From NCBI GenBank assembly GCA_001949185.1, contig BDGG01000026.1, positions 1-64,000 on the forward strand: DNA of 64,000 bases. Reading direction: 5' to 3'. Shown one piece after another: positions 11,834-23,344 of the stretch. The translations under genes were made by a program, and so were the position numbers. The first letter of the stretch is position 1, and each line of letters begins with the position of its first letter. The notes below the pieces were generated by a model. The model ran no database searches and was not told the DNA's origin. It worked only from the letters and a program-made list of their open reading frames with translations. This stretch comes from Ramazzottius varieornatus (taxonomy: Eukaryota > Animalia > Tardigrada).

Positions 11834-12560
11834 ACCTATGCTCGAGTGCAAACCTGGGTGGACTGCCGGCAATCAAGCGAGTAAGGCTGCTGGCCATTCA
11901 ACTGACTGACCGATTTTGTCTTTGTAAACACTGTAAAGATGCAGTACCTCGCCGTTTGCAAATATCGGCGTGCCAAAATATGGTCTGACTCAGCAGTGCC
12001 ACAGATAACATACGATAAGTGGAGAACACCCATCAGCATTTACCCCGAAGGTCGGGGAATCAACTCATGAGCTCACTTCTTACGACCTATAAATTGCAGA
12101 AATACTCTGATCCGCATGGCGGAACTTAAGCAGTGTTATTCCGATACAATAGACTGCGTGCGCAAAATCAATCAATCGCTCACATTTGCCCTCTCACATT
12201 ACGACTCTCACATTTGGTCCGGACCGACTCCACCCCTTCGGTACTGGGCGAAGGCCAAATGTGAGCCGTCAGCCGTCATGTGAGCAGCTGATGGCTCACA
12301 AACTCGGCGATGAAATGTAAGAACGACGAACGGAAATTTCCACCCCGCACATCTTTTTGAGCTTCCGCTGACTCCGGTGGTTAGAACGGCAACATCGGGA
12401 ATTAGACGCAACGGAAGTACCCAAGTTGTGATATGTAGTTTGATTCAAATACCGGTATTACCATAGCAAGAAGAAGGCCGCCTTTTCAATCCTTGATCTT
12501 TCGGTGCTTCTATAGTGGAAAAATTTTGTGCTCGTGCGTTTTGGCCAGGAATGGCGCTCG

Positions 12561-14240
12561 ATGGATGGAAGGGACACGATTTCCTGTGGGAAGCAGCGCT
12601 TTCCCGTGAGTGATGCAGACTTATCCGATCTCGTCAGCTCCGAAATTACCTCCAGCACTCCAGCAGTAACGCTGCTCTCTTCACCTGGACAATTATCTAT
12701 GACTCTCCCGGGCAATCAGTCAAAAGGAGCCGGCACTAGCAGTAGGCCGTCTGTAACGCACGGGCGTCCGGCGCAAGTTCATGACGCATTATCCGTTTCT
12801 CCCACATCAGCATCGTCTTCAGCTGCTCTAGTTTACAGGGAGAGATCAACAACAGGAAAAGATTACGCGGTTACAAACCATGAACTTCGGACGCAGGTCG
12901 ACAGCGACGTGAAAGAGATTCCGAAGCTGAAAAGACGGTCGGAGAAAGAAATGGACAGCGACACTACTGCGGCTCGTGCGAAGTTAACCCGCGAGGAGGG
13001 AGGTATGAGAGACTGCTGGCCGTGGATGATATCCACCCTTATCAGTATCCTCCCGGAAAAGGGTGTACTCTCGCGTGGAAGGTAGCTCTACGCGATTCCC
13101 TAAGGAACACTTATCAGCCTACAGAACCAGAACTCATGCCGGAAACGGAGAGACAAACCAAGGCACAGAAGAAGGACGCCGAAGCTTTGCATAGTTTCCG
13201 GGTTGTTGTTGAGCGAAAAGTGGAAGAATTCATGGAGAAGCATCCAAAGCGCCCACGAGAATCTGGCGATCTGAAGGATCCTGTCAATATAGTCGACCAA
13301 GGGATTCAGTCCCTTGCGGAGAAGGATAATCAGCCTTCGGCTGTACCTAAGACCGACCAAAGAAGCCCCGGCGCAGTAAACAGAGACGAAAGTCTGATTC
13401 GTGGGATGAGCACAGGCAACAAGGCTACAGCGCCACTGTGTTCTGTCGGCGACAGAGATACCTCGGATGGAGCCGAAGAACACGTTCGGGATGTCCGATC
13501 TAATTTGGGTAAGACTCTTTTACGACAAGTCAACAACCCTGCGACGTTCGTCCGCGCTTAACCGTTCCTTCTCCTTTCAGTGGAAGATTTATCTCGGCCC
13601 GTCAGAGAAAAGGCCAAGTTCTTACCAGAAGCCACATGTACCCCTTTCCGAAAGTGAGATACAGGACATATCTGCAACGGATGAAACAGAGCTACGTCTG
13701 CTACAGATACCAGCAAAGCAGCTAAAAGAACTGCGACAGCCACAGCGTATCGGAAAGCTCTGGCAAAGATGGAACGGCATAAGAACAACAGCTTCCTAAA
13801 GGTCGACCAGCGAAATTCACTTTATAGAATACTTCGATGAAAACAGTTTTCATCTCAGCTAAGGGAAAATCTGTGTCTCTGAACGAATTCGAATTATTGC
13901 GATCCGTTCGAAACGATCGATCCGCGCAGAAACGTTCTCATGATACAGCAAGATCGAGACAAAACTTTCTAGTCCTTTTAAGCTTTTGTCTCAAGCGCAG
14001 ACTTCCGGCGCAGCCTTTAGTGTGCTGCTCTGTTCTCGGCAAGATGTTTATCAAAGTGAATGACGCTGATTCGTCAGCGTCACATACGTACAACACCGCT
14101 GCTAGCCAAATCGAGGCCATGCGTGACTTGGACAAAATCGAAAGACAGATCGATATGGAAAAGCGCATGAAGGAACGAGAAGTTCGCGAAAGAACAGGAG
14201 CTCAAAGAAAAACAGCTGGAAATCGAGAACTTTTTCCGGA
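12561..14240 (+). pseudogene. Harbinger accessory (ORF1-like) gene, disrupted, with charged coiled-coil C-terminus
   Basis: Overlapping ORFs 12528-13085, 13022-13561, 13467-13799 and 13837-14319 converge on the transposase inside the TIRs. No domain recognised with certainty. Confidence 0.45.
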
Positions 14241-15248
14241 CAAGAGAAATGTTATACAGTTAGTCAGAACGGCAGTCACTAAATATGTTTTAGCCACCTG
14301 CTGCCAGTATATTTTCTGATTTTTTTCATAATTTGCGAATGCATAATCACGTGCTATCGCCATGAAACCGTACTCTACAGTCACTCTAATCTGCGACATT
14401 GTGTTGTTAAAAACTGTCTGTTCTTCTGTCAGGTGGCTGCCTTTGTGGGGATCTTCACTGAGAGAGTATCCCTTGTCGCCGAAGAGACACATTTCCCTTC
14501 CCCACTTTTCGCTGAGGTGGCGCAGTCGCTCGCGCAACCATGAAACCATCATGATGGCGACCTGTACAGGGACCATACATATTCGCGATTATACCATCTG
14601 GAGTGCATATACTTTGAAACTTCATGACGTAGTTCCGTGAGTGTCCGCTGTATTGCTCCCTCTGATGTCTTTTGAGACGACAAATCGCTGGGGCAGTTCC
14701 GTCGATGAAGCCCCAACAGTTATCTGTAACAAACAAATTCTCTCGACTTCCGAATTTTTCCTGGTATGAACAGATTGCCAAGGACTCACCTTAATACCCA
14801 CAAGCCCGATGCATGGCATTAGCATGGAGATCTACGCGTTCCTCGTCAGCCATGGTTGGTCCATGTTTTCTAACAGGTGACTGTGCTTCCTGTATATAGC
14901 AGAAACTGTGGTGTTGAAGATGCGCGACAGATGGGTTCTTTCTTGATCTAGAATATCCATGCAGTCGACCCATCTATTTGGGGAGGCCAGCCGCTTTAGT
15001 AGCACAGCTAAAGCGAGACTTCTAGGGACGACGACTCGGTTTTCGCCGATGACGACTTCCGGTAATTGTAAGGCATCGCGTAGTCTGCAGAAATCCTGAT
15101 GATTCTCCATCCGAAAGTCGCATCGCACCTCTTCATTCGGCATATTCACTAAAGCGATCTCATGTCTCACGTAGTACCGTTCGTATTCGAGAGCAGCATG
15201 ACAATACAGCAACATGTCCGAACCCGGAGCGCTTGGACTTCCGCGCAC
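14202..15248 (-). pseudogene. Harbinger/HARBI1-type DDE transposase, disrupted
   Basis: Motifs LAVLLKRLASP, NCWGFIDGT, YSGH..MKFQSICTPDG, GRHHDG, LFGDKGY, MSQIRVTVEYGF and VLTNC. One short intron near 14725-14789; in-frame TAA (CGY*DNCW) and frameshifts. Confidence 0.88.
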
Positions 15249-15885
15249 ATGTTATTCAAATCGATGAAAAAGCTAGGTGGACGTGGTTGCTGGACAGGAC
15301 ATATAACCGCTTTCGGCGGAAGGCACCACAAGCTACCTGTGGAAACTGAAGAACTCAGTAAAGGGCAGAAGTAGAACGATATTGATTGGTTGAAACAACG
15401 GCAACCGGAAGTCGGAGAAAAGACGCCGTGCTGTGAGGGGCTCATGCTGGTTTTTCCTATTCCAAGGATTCTATTCTGCACTAGAGCTATGAAGGTTCGA
15501 AGCATATAAGTTCAATCGAATCCACCAACGGAATGATTTCAGCTGATTGCTAGAAAGAACAGAGTGCGGTCTTCTGCGAGCTCGAAAGATGAAGTTTCAG
15601 CAAAGGGAGTTAGAGGTAGCTTTGACAGGAGACCGTTCAGCGACAACTGCAGTCACTTCAAAGACGCCGTATTGAAGTCGAGCGAAAAGAGACGAGATAT
15701 GGTTAACTGATGAGATTACAGCGTGAGAACATCGAAAACTGACAGGAAACCAAAAAAAAGAGTAAACGACGCTCTTTGTACTATTCGACGAAGGCACAAC
15801 CCCGCTTGTCCAAATGTACCTGTGAAAAACCATAAAAGAGGCTTGACATCACGAAGACTGTAACGTCAAGTAGAGCTATCAGGAT

Positions 15886-16431
15886 GAGTGCCCTCACCAT
15901 CTTAACGACGATAGAGTCGTTGCTGGAAGTCTCGGCGATACAGCGACTTCTCAGCTCGGTCACTGGCCGCAACTTGCCGAACGCGGTCTTCGTTGAGGCG
16001 TCGAGCTGCCATGGCTTCGTCCTCTGTCCTTTGACCGTTCATCACCCGAGCTTCCCAAGAGCGCGGTCTTCCGCGCGTCGCTGGTTTTCTTCCTGGCGCT
16101 CTGCACGCACGCCTGCATCTCTAACTTCTTTGTCGGCTAAGAAAGCCAGAAAACCGTAGCGTCGCGCAGCGTCTCGCATAGGTGGACGGCGAGCTCGGAG
16201 TGGCTCAACACACATGCTCTGATGATGGACCCACTTCAAACAGTTGAAGCAAAACGCGTTTATACGGTACAGGTCATTCTGTGTGAGTACTAAAAACACA
16301 GACTGTTTAGAATTCTGTTCACGGTCGAGCCCGCAGAGCGAACGCTTACTTTGATTAGCATTCTGAGCAGGAGCGCGGTATCCCGGCGCAGAGGTGAATG
16401 GGCTTTTGCCTTCGATATGCTCTGTAATCAA
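15886..16431 (-). pseudogene. Extra ORF with CCHC zinc knuckle inside the Harbinger element
   Basis: CFNCLKWVHHQSMC = CX2CX4HX4C; GTAAG..CAG intron near 16280-16349; reading continues past an in-frame stop at 16042. Confidence 0.45.
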
Positions 16432-17508
16432 GCAAATATACAGGCTGGACCTCTCATCATGATACTGCTAACAGATGCTGACGATATCTTGGTTATCCAA
16501 GTTTCCAGCGTGGACTTCCGGCGCTTTCTGTTCTCCGTTTAACGTATGTTTCACATCTATTTCAACAAATGTTCGTGTCAGCTGAGTTGACAACCGATGA
16601 CCTATCGTCCCATTCTTCTGCCGCCGTCTTTCCGGTAACCATGTTGGTAGCGGTCGGGGTGAGTCCGCTTGCTTTCGTGGATGGAAGTTCTGCAGAGTCT
16701 GGATGTTGAAGGGTGGCAAAGGCTAGCAGAAGATCAGTTTACTAATCAGAAAACGGAAACTCCGAACTGTGAGATGACGAAATGTGACGGATGATCGTAG
16801 TTGCGCACGTGAAAAGCAAGACGCTCCCGTTTCCGTCACCAAAACCACAACAAAGGTCGATTTAGGGCGGAGTTGATTCGGTCAAATGTGAGAGATTATG
16901 TGAGAGTTCGAAATGTGATCGGTTGATTGATTTTGCGCACAGTCCCTAATGTATTTTAATGCATAATGCAGAATTCAATTCCGATATGGCCCGCTGTAGC
17001 CATAGACCTAACATGGGCGACCGGATTCAAATTAGTTCCGCTGTCGTATCGGAACAACACTAGGCGGAAGGCTTTACTCTCCGATTTCGGAGCTGTAAAA
17101 CATTTGAAAAATGCTTCCGGTGTAATGGCTTGCTTGTGAGAGCCCGACGGAAAGGTTTGTTCAATTGATTTTATTCATTTATTCATTTGGTTGCATAGTC
17201 GGTGACGTAACGAATATTCGCTCCGCCTCGATATTCGGACAACACAATCAATCAACCGTTTGAGCCTGTGTCCCACTCTCCGGCAAGGCGAGGTACAGCA
17301 GCTCATCAATGTTCGTAAATGTCAGTTTTTGTTTCTACTTTGTATTCGTTCTTTTTGGCGATATCTTCTTGGCTGCGGGTTGTATTTTTCAGAGCTATAT
17401 CGGGATAGGAACGAGTGAATCCAGGTAATGTAATTACGCCCAAGATTCTATAAGGAAAGACAGATACAACGTTATCACTTGTTGTTGCAGGATTGCAGCT
17501 GAAGCGTG

Positions 17509-18644
17509 ATGGCAGGGAAGCCACGGGATCGTCGGTCCAGCGAGAGTTCTGCTTCCGAGGCAGAAACCAAGCGTAAGAAGGCCCGCACAGGCTCAGCTAC
17601 CAAGGAGAAAGACGTAAAAGGTGCTGCTAAACGTAGTCGGTCGTCATCGCGGTCAGGCTCATCGTCGCGGGATAGTTCCAGCGACTCCTCGTCAGGTTCG
17701 AGCAGCAGTGGTAGCGAAAGCGGGTCTAGTTCCAGCAGCTCTGGATCCGGCACTGCCTCCCCGTCACCTTCTCCTAAGACGAGGAAGCAGTCACCGTCAG
17801 CACGCACCAAAGATTCAAAGAAGAGTCGACGATCGGAGAGCCGTGAACGTAATCTCAAGGCTGCTTCGCCTGATCGCGCACGTGGACGCCAGCGCTCACC
17901 TTCTCCACGACGTCCAGCGGTGGAACCACCCAAGGAACGTCCGGTTAGTTTCTACCCGTCCATCTTGCTTGTTTGTATGGTAGGCGGTGAAGAAGGCTGC
18001 CAGAAATGCTGGAGAATTCCTGAATGAAAGATTCAGTCAATCAACGAAATACTCTGAGCTCAATCAATCGTAACATTGTGATTTAGTGACGTCATTTTGA
18101 CGGCTTGCTGTAGGGATGTTGAGCACAGTGCTGCATGGACTGTTTGCGGTCTGCATGGGTGTGTCGGCACGGCCTTGTCTGCCAACGGGCCTTTTGTGGG
18201 GTTCTTCGCTCCTTACCGTTTCTCTGACTTTCTTTTCAGGCTGAACCTGAGCCAGTGGCCATTCCCAAGATCCACGTCACGCACCTGACGCATAACGTAA
18301 CACGGGATCATCTGACGGAGATCTTTTCCAAGTACGGCAAGCTGCGGGACGTGATCATGCCCATGGATCGCGAGCACCCGACCATCAACCGCTGCTTCGG
18401 CTACATCGAGTTCGAGACGACGGAAGAAGCCCAGAAGGCCATCAGGTACATGAATGGCGGGCAGATTGACGGACAAGTTGTCAACCTGTCGCTGTTCGAC
18501 GCCAACGGTGGACGAAGAGCCTATGGAGGGCCGCCACGCTTCCGTGGGGGACGCGGTGGCTACGGTCGTGGTGGCAGACGCTCGCGCAGTCCGCAGCGCG
18601 GCAACAACCGAAGAAGCATCTCACCTCGCAATCGTCGTTTCTGA
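17509..18644 (+). CDS. RNPS1: RNA-binding protein with serine-rich domain 1
   Basis: Ser-rich N-terminus; intron 17944-18239; RRM PKIHVTHLTHNVTRDHLTEIFSKYG..MPMDREHP..YMNGGQIDGQ; R/S/P-rich tail. Confidence 0.93.
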
Positions 18645-18660
18645 ACGTTCCAAGGCTAAG

Positions 18661-18721
18661 CTAGAATCCTTTCTGAACCCATTCTAGAACCCATTCTAGA
18701 ACCCATTCTAGAACCCATTCT
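18661..18721. repeat. 12-bp tandem repeat (CTAGAACCCATT, ~4-5 copies) 3' of RNPS1
   Basis: GAACCCATTCTA repeated directly. Confidence 0.8.
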
Positions 18722-18865
18722 GAAGTTGCGTCGTCTTTAGCTTTGTTCGGTCTGTTGCGCGGTCCAACGTTTAATAGTGCGTTGATATGGCCCAAAAGTG
18801 GGTGATTCGTGCGTTTGTGTATTCACGTTCTCACTGTTGCTAGCTGAGGACGTACGTTCCTTGGA

Positions 18866-18955
18866 AACTCGCAAACAACTTTTTCCCAAGTGGTGCGTGC
18901 TTCCAGCAACACACGGGAAGCTTGCGCCACTTGTGGAATCAATATTGCCGAATTC
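18866..18955. repeat. Palindromic repeat family, single-unit copy between convergent RNPS1 and RAMAC
   Basis: CCCAAGTGGTGCGT-N23-TTGCGCCACTTG..TTGCCGAA. Confidence 0.7.
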
Positions 18956-19147
18956 CTTTACCGAACTTTCATTTTTGGTTTGACGAGCAACGATGAAAAC
19001 CTCAGCACTGATACACTACGTGAAACTCTACTTCACAGAAAAAAACATTCATAGAATGATCAAATTCCGGATGGAAAATAATCCGGGCCAGACACAACGT
19101 CAACAGTTCTCGGAATAAGCAGCGAAAAAAATGTCAAGCCGTTTCCT

Positions 19148-19453
19148 TCAACGAGCGTCTCCTCGTTCTTGAGGTTGGTCCGAGTCGGACGGCGAATGTT
19201 GGCGTTTCCTCCCCCTGTCTCCGTCCCGTCTGTCAGGCCGCTCCCGAGCGTCTTCCCATGGATAGACAACCGGCGGCTTGGTCTGGCCTTGCTCCATGTA
19301 CATCTGGAAGAGGGCATCGTCATCGGTGTAGCGATCCTTAAACTTTTCCTCGAACTCCGCAATCGTCTTTCTGGTCTCGGCGTTGCTTGGATCCACCGCC
19401 TCCACTTTCTCGCTTCCTTCGGACTCCAGTTCCGAACTCATTTCCGCCTTCAT
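19148..19453 (-). CDS. RAMAC: RNMT-activating mini protein (RAM/FAM103A1)
   Basis: EFEEKFKDRYTDDDALFQMYMEQGQTKPPVVYPW matches the RAM motif FEE.F..RFT..D..YQ.Y......PPIV..W; R/D/G-rich tail. Confidence 0.85.
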   Translation of the reverse strand: MKAEMSSELESEGSEKVEAVDPSNAETRKTIAEFEEKFKDRYTDDDALFQMYMEQGQTKPPVVYPWEDARERPDRRDGDRGRKRQHSPSDSDQPQERGDAR

Positions 19454-19464
19454 TCAGGCACAAC

Positions 19465-19784
19465 TATGGTGAGCCGGGCGATTCAAAAGTCCACAGTACT
19501 TTCTCCGCGGGTGCATGCGCGGTGAAATACTTTTTCCGCGCATCCACCCGCGAACTATGACGAGAGTTTCACCGTGGGTGTACGTGCGGATAAAGTCAGT
19601 TCATCCGCGCATCCAGAAACAGTTAAACCGCGCATGGATGCGCGGATGAACTGACTTTATCCGCACGTACACCCACGGTGAAACTCTCGTCATAGTTCGC
19701 GGGTGGATGCGCGGAAAAAGTATTTCACCGCGCATGCACCCGCGGAGAAAGTACTGTGGACTTTTGATCGCCCGGCTCACTATA
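19465..19784. mobile_element. Young foldback/MITE, near-perfect ~150-bp inverted repeat
   Basis: Arms 19465-19615 and 19635-19784 differ at about 2 positions; 19-nt loop; CACAAC duplicated on both flanks. Confidence 0.88.
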
Positions 19785-21084
19785 CACAACCTACAACGAG
19801 GAAGTGGTGTCATGGCCGCACACGGTAAACCCAAGAACCGACCGTACGGCGTGTCAAAAAAGCGAGTTTACGGCGGGCCGCACTGGTCTACTGTAGAACC
19901 CATACGGCATGCCAAATTCCAAATCAAGAAAAAAACTAACTCAAAAAACCCCCAAAAATTCAGAAGAAAACTCAGACTGAAGTAGCCGAACTAATTTCAG
20001 CACCTAGTGCTCTCTATTTATTTTCAAAGAAGGTCTACATACTTCCACCAGTCGAAGGCAGGACGGAACAGCCTCGATTTCCGTCAAGAGCGCCGCACAA
20101 GCCAGGACTTTCCGGTGACTTTCAGCGTTGGTTAAAATAATGCCTTGCGACGTGTCAGCTGAGTAATCCGTCACGTCGAACAGCAGTCCTACTCCAGACT
20201 ACGACAGACGCCACTGTCAACGGCTCACCAAAGAGGACTACGAATCAAGCGAGTCGAAGCACGGAGAAGTTTGAATGAAACCAACCTTGCCAAATTGCTC
20301 GGTTATGCAGTGCTGCAAAGCCTCTTTGATCCGTAAATTATCCAAGCCCGTGTGATTCTCTTCCTGCTCCTTGAACCTACTACAGTGTCAGACAATTCTG
20401 TACACTTTATTATGGTTGGACATCGATGTAAAGATGCTTACATGATGAATTTGACGGAGATGCGCGATGACGACTTCATTCATGCCACTCTCCCGCGCTT
20501 TGTAGCATACTCCCGAATGTCGCGTCCACTGTTCGTCCGCGGATGGATCCTGAGCGCAGCGGAATTGATCGCGATGTGGGGGTATCGTCGAGCTCACCTA
20601 AAATCAGAGCAGTCTCGCGGTGAAGAACGGGAAGAAATTTTGCATCCCAGAAAACTTTGACAACTTCGAAATTTCGAACGTAATGTACGTAAACAAATCA
20701 AACCATCCGTCAATCAGTCGTTCACTGTATGACATGACATAGATATGTCATACATGTCATGTAAGGACATGACCACTCTGACATGACAAATGCGTCCCTC
20801 GGATTCTCGTTTCTATTTGTTTTCACCCGTTCCCGTTGACTCCTTTTTCTTCCGTCTTCGGAAAGTCTCCCATGCTTATCCCCGAACCTGGACGACGGTA
20901 GCTTAACTGTGCTCTTCCCCACGTTTCTGTATACACTGGTAAGCAAGCCTTCGCGGCGTGGGCTAGCCGTTTGCTCAGGAAGACGGGCTCGGTTATCACC
21001 TGCTGGATTTATGAAAACAAGAATTCGTATTTCAAAACTTGTTATTTTTTGGGTTTCTTTTCAGGTTCTTTGGACGTTTGGAGC

Positions 21085-21579
21085 ATGTCGGAAACGGATG
21101 ACGAGCCCGCCATCCCTCGTGCAGCGTTGAACAAGCTGATCAAGGACATTCTGCCCAACCTGCGGGTGTCCATCGAGACACGCGACTTACTGTCCGCCTG
21201 CTGTACCGAATTCATCCACCTGATCGCCTCGGAAGCCAACGATGTCTGTGAGAAGCAGCAGCGCAAGACCATCACACCCGAGCACGTGTTAGATGGGTTG
21301 GAGGCCCTGGGGTTCGGTGAGTACCGACAGGAAGTGGAGGCCGTCGTGGCTGACTGTCGGGAAGTCCAGGCCAAACGAAGGAAGTGTTCGACCAAGCTGG
21401 ATAAGCTGGGCATTCCTGAAGACGAACTGCTGAGAATGCAGCAGGAACTCTTCGCCAAGGCGCGCCAGGAGCAACAGGAAGCTGATCAGCAGCAATGGCA
21501 GAGAATCCAGGAAGAGATGGCTGGAGCAGGGACGGCCAACGACGAGGCTGCAAATCACGACAGCGATAGCGACTATTAA
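21085..21579 (+). CDS. DR1: Negative cofactor 2 beta / Dr1 (histone-fold)
   Basis: IPRAALNKLIKDILP..CCTEFIHLIASEANDVC..KTITPEHVL..LGIPEDELLRMQQELFAKAR; acceptor TTTTCAG just upstream of the ATG. Confidence 0.95.
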   Translation: MSETDDEPAIPRAALNKLIKDILPNLRVSIETRDLLSACCTEFIHLIASEANDVCEKQQRKTITPEHVLDGLEALGFGEYRQEVEAVVADCREVQAKRRKCSTKLDKLGIPEDELLRMQQELFAKARQEQQEADQQQWQRIQEEMAGAGTANDEAANHDSDSDY

Positions 21580-21958
21580 AAGAATGAAATTATGTTTTCC
21601 GTCTGATTCATTTCTGGCCTTTTGTTCCATGCCCAACCATCTTTCATCTTTACGTTAGCCCATAACTTTTTCCCTCCAGTTTCTTAACTTTATACTTCCA
21701 AGGAGGGTAGGCTTTGTGTCGCTGGAGAAATTTTCACCGAAAGATGATTTATTTTTTCGGATTAATTTTGACCATCCAAGCAATGTCTTCGGAATCAACC
21801 GTTCACCCGACGAATGTAACGTCATAGAACCTCACATGCATGCATGTCATGTAGAACATGCTAACATAACAGAATATCACAACAAATCCACATGAAGTCG
21901 GGAATTGAAAGAGTCCTGAAAGACGCCACCGAAAAAGTGTCTTTCTTCCAGGAAAGCA

Positions 21959-22363
21959 TCAGACGTTGAAGCTTTCACCACACCCACAGGTTCCTTTGAT
22001 ATTTGGGTTATTGAAGACAAACTGCGAGCTGAGTTTGGTCTCTTGGTAGTCCATCTCGGTTCCAAGAAGCGTCAGCTGGGCTTTCTTATCGATCAACACC
22101 TTCACATCATCCTGTACGACTTCTTCGTCCATCTGCTCTTTCTCTTGCGCGTAGTCCAGGTAGTAGGCTAGCCCGTTACAGCCTCGCTGCTTGACCGTGA
22201 TCTTGAGGGCGATGGCTTCGGGCTTGGCAGCCAGCAGTTCGCGGACTCGCTGGACGGCGGCGGGCGTGATGGTCATGGCTGCCCGCGTGGGCAAGTCTTT
22301 CTTCCGCTTGACGGCACGCACGGAAGCGGACATGGCTGCTACGAGCTGCGTCACTCGGGTCAT
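21959..22363 (-). CDS. ISCA1: Iron-sulfur cluster assembly 1, mitochondrial
   Basis: RGCNGLAY, LLGTEMDY and FVFNNPNIKGTCGCGESF motifs. Confidence 0.95.
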   Translation of the reverse strand: MTRVTQLVAAMSASVRAVKRKKDLPTRAAMTITPAAVQRVRELLAAKPEAIALKITVKQRGCNGLAYYLDYAQEKEQMDEEVVQDDVKVLIDKKAQLTLLGTEMDYQETKLSSQFVFNNPNIKGTCGCGESFNV

Positions 22364-22751
22364 CCTTCAGAGAGCTTGGGGCAGTAGACTACTTCATGAT
22401 CGCAATGGGCGTCCGACGTGAGTGGCGGAAGTGCTCCAAATCCAGGGCGAGCTCGCGGGAAGTGAAGACGGGGACTCCTTCATGCCAACCGATCAGCTCC
22501 ACCACTTGTCCATTCCGTGACCTGCAACCAGAACAAGACGTGCAAAGGTTGGGCCGTGTCGCGCTTCAGGCAGATCCCAAGAAAAAAGAACTTGGAAATC
22601 TTGAAAATGTGATGAACGTAACTTAAGTAAGAGGTCACACCGTTAGGGTTGGCCCTTTTCAGGTGTCAAGCCATTCATCGACTAGGTTCGCGCTGGATAC
22701 CCCTGGGGTGGGTTCAATCGTCTGTTTCAGTTTCAGACAGTTGACACTGGT

Positions 22752-22869
22752 ACTGTATGCTCTCCCGAAATTCACGTACGTCACTGACTCTCAAATCATT
22801 GGGGTCTTACCGTGGCGAAAATACACTCTGAATGAAGTGACGTACGTGAATTTCGGGAAAGTATACAGT
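22752..22869. mobile_element. Short MITE, possible 9-bp TSD (Mutator-like)
   Basis: ACTGTATGCTCTCCCGAAATTCACGTACGTCACT / AGTGACGTACGTGAATTTCGGGAAAGTATACAGT; flanks GACACTGGT / CACACTGGT. Confidence 0.7.
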
Positions 22870-23344
22870 CACACTGGTCACAAGATTTCGCGCCTGGAAC
22901 TCGAAGGGCTAATTTGAAGTTGCGCAAGCGCATATTCTTTTCCTCCTTGCCGACATGAAAGTACTTCTCCATATCCCGCTTGCTTCTCGATAACTGTCCA
23001 TGGCCTGACGAAGTGTATGACGAGGTAAAACAGTTCTCTATGCAGGAACGCGGGCGCGAAGAACGACGTGGGAGCGAGTGAAGGAATCACCGCAGTGAGC
23101 AGAGTCAGCAGACCAGCGAGTAAGTTTTCTTTTTCCTTTTGAGATCGAAGATGGACTATTCTGGTACTCCATGCACATGATGCTTTCATCTTTCGGGTCC
23201 GAAACATGAGTGTGGACATGTTACTCTCTGACGCACTCAGTACCAGATTTGTAAACAGCGTTCCGAACTAACTTTGGTTCAGTTGGCCACTAAAATTTGT
23301 GTTGTAGGTTTCAGCATCGTTTACAAGGATTCCGTCCTCCGAAG

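Larger units (their letters stand above)
9613..11850. mobile_element. Old inverted-repeat element hosting several hAT MITEs
   Basis: CACTCGAGTGCATGGGTGGCGCCGCAGTAGAATCTTCAGACCAGCAC (~9620-9665) is the inverted match of GTGGTGGTCTGAAGATTCTATTGCGCAGCCACCTATGC|TCGAGTG once the insertions at 10917-11841 are removed. Confidence 0.65.
12151..16946. mobile_element. PIF/Harbinger DNA transposon (decayed), ~4.8 kb
   Basis: ~85-bp imperfect TIRs (GACTG..GTGCGCAAAATCAATCAA..TCACATTT..CTCTCACAT); right end GTCCC followed by TAA; contains a Harbinger-type transposase. Confidence 0.8.
12131..17062. mobile_element. Small hAT-like MITE shell split by a Harbinger insertion
   Basis: Ends CAGTGTTATTCCGATAC and GTATCGGAACAACACTA; flanks GGCGGAA(CTTAA)G and GGCGGAAG resemble a disturbed 8-bp TSD. 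Confidence 0.5.

Noticed and set aside
15700-15750. CTGATGA...CGAAA hammerhead-like spacing
   Set aside because: Stem II has only 3 bp and no stem I/III pairing could be found.
22387-22521. Coding-looking frame (SRNGQVVELIGWHEG..) upstream of ISCA1, suggesting a bicistronic transcript
   Set aside because: No in-frame upstream exon or start codon found; the nearest donor gives a stop. Treated as 5' UTR.
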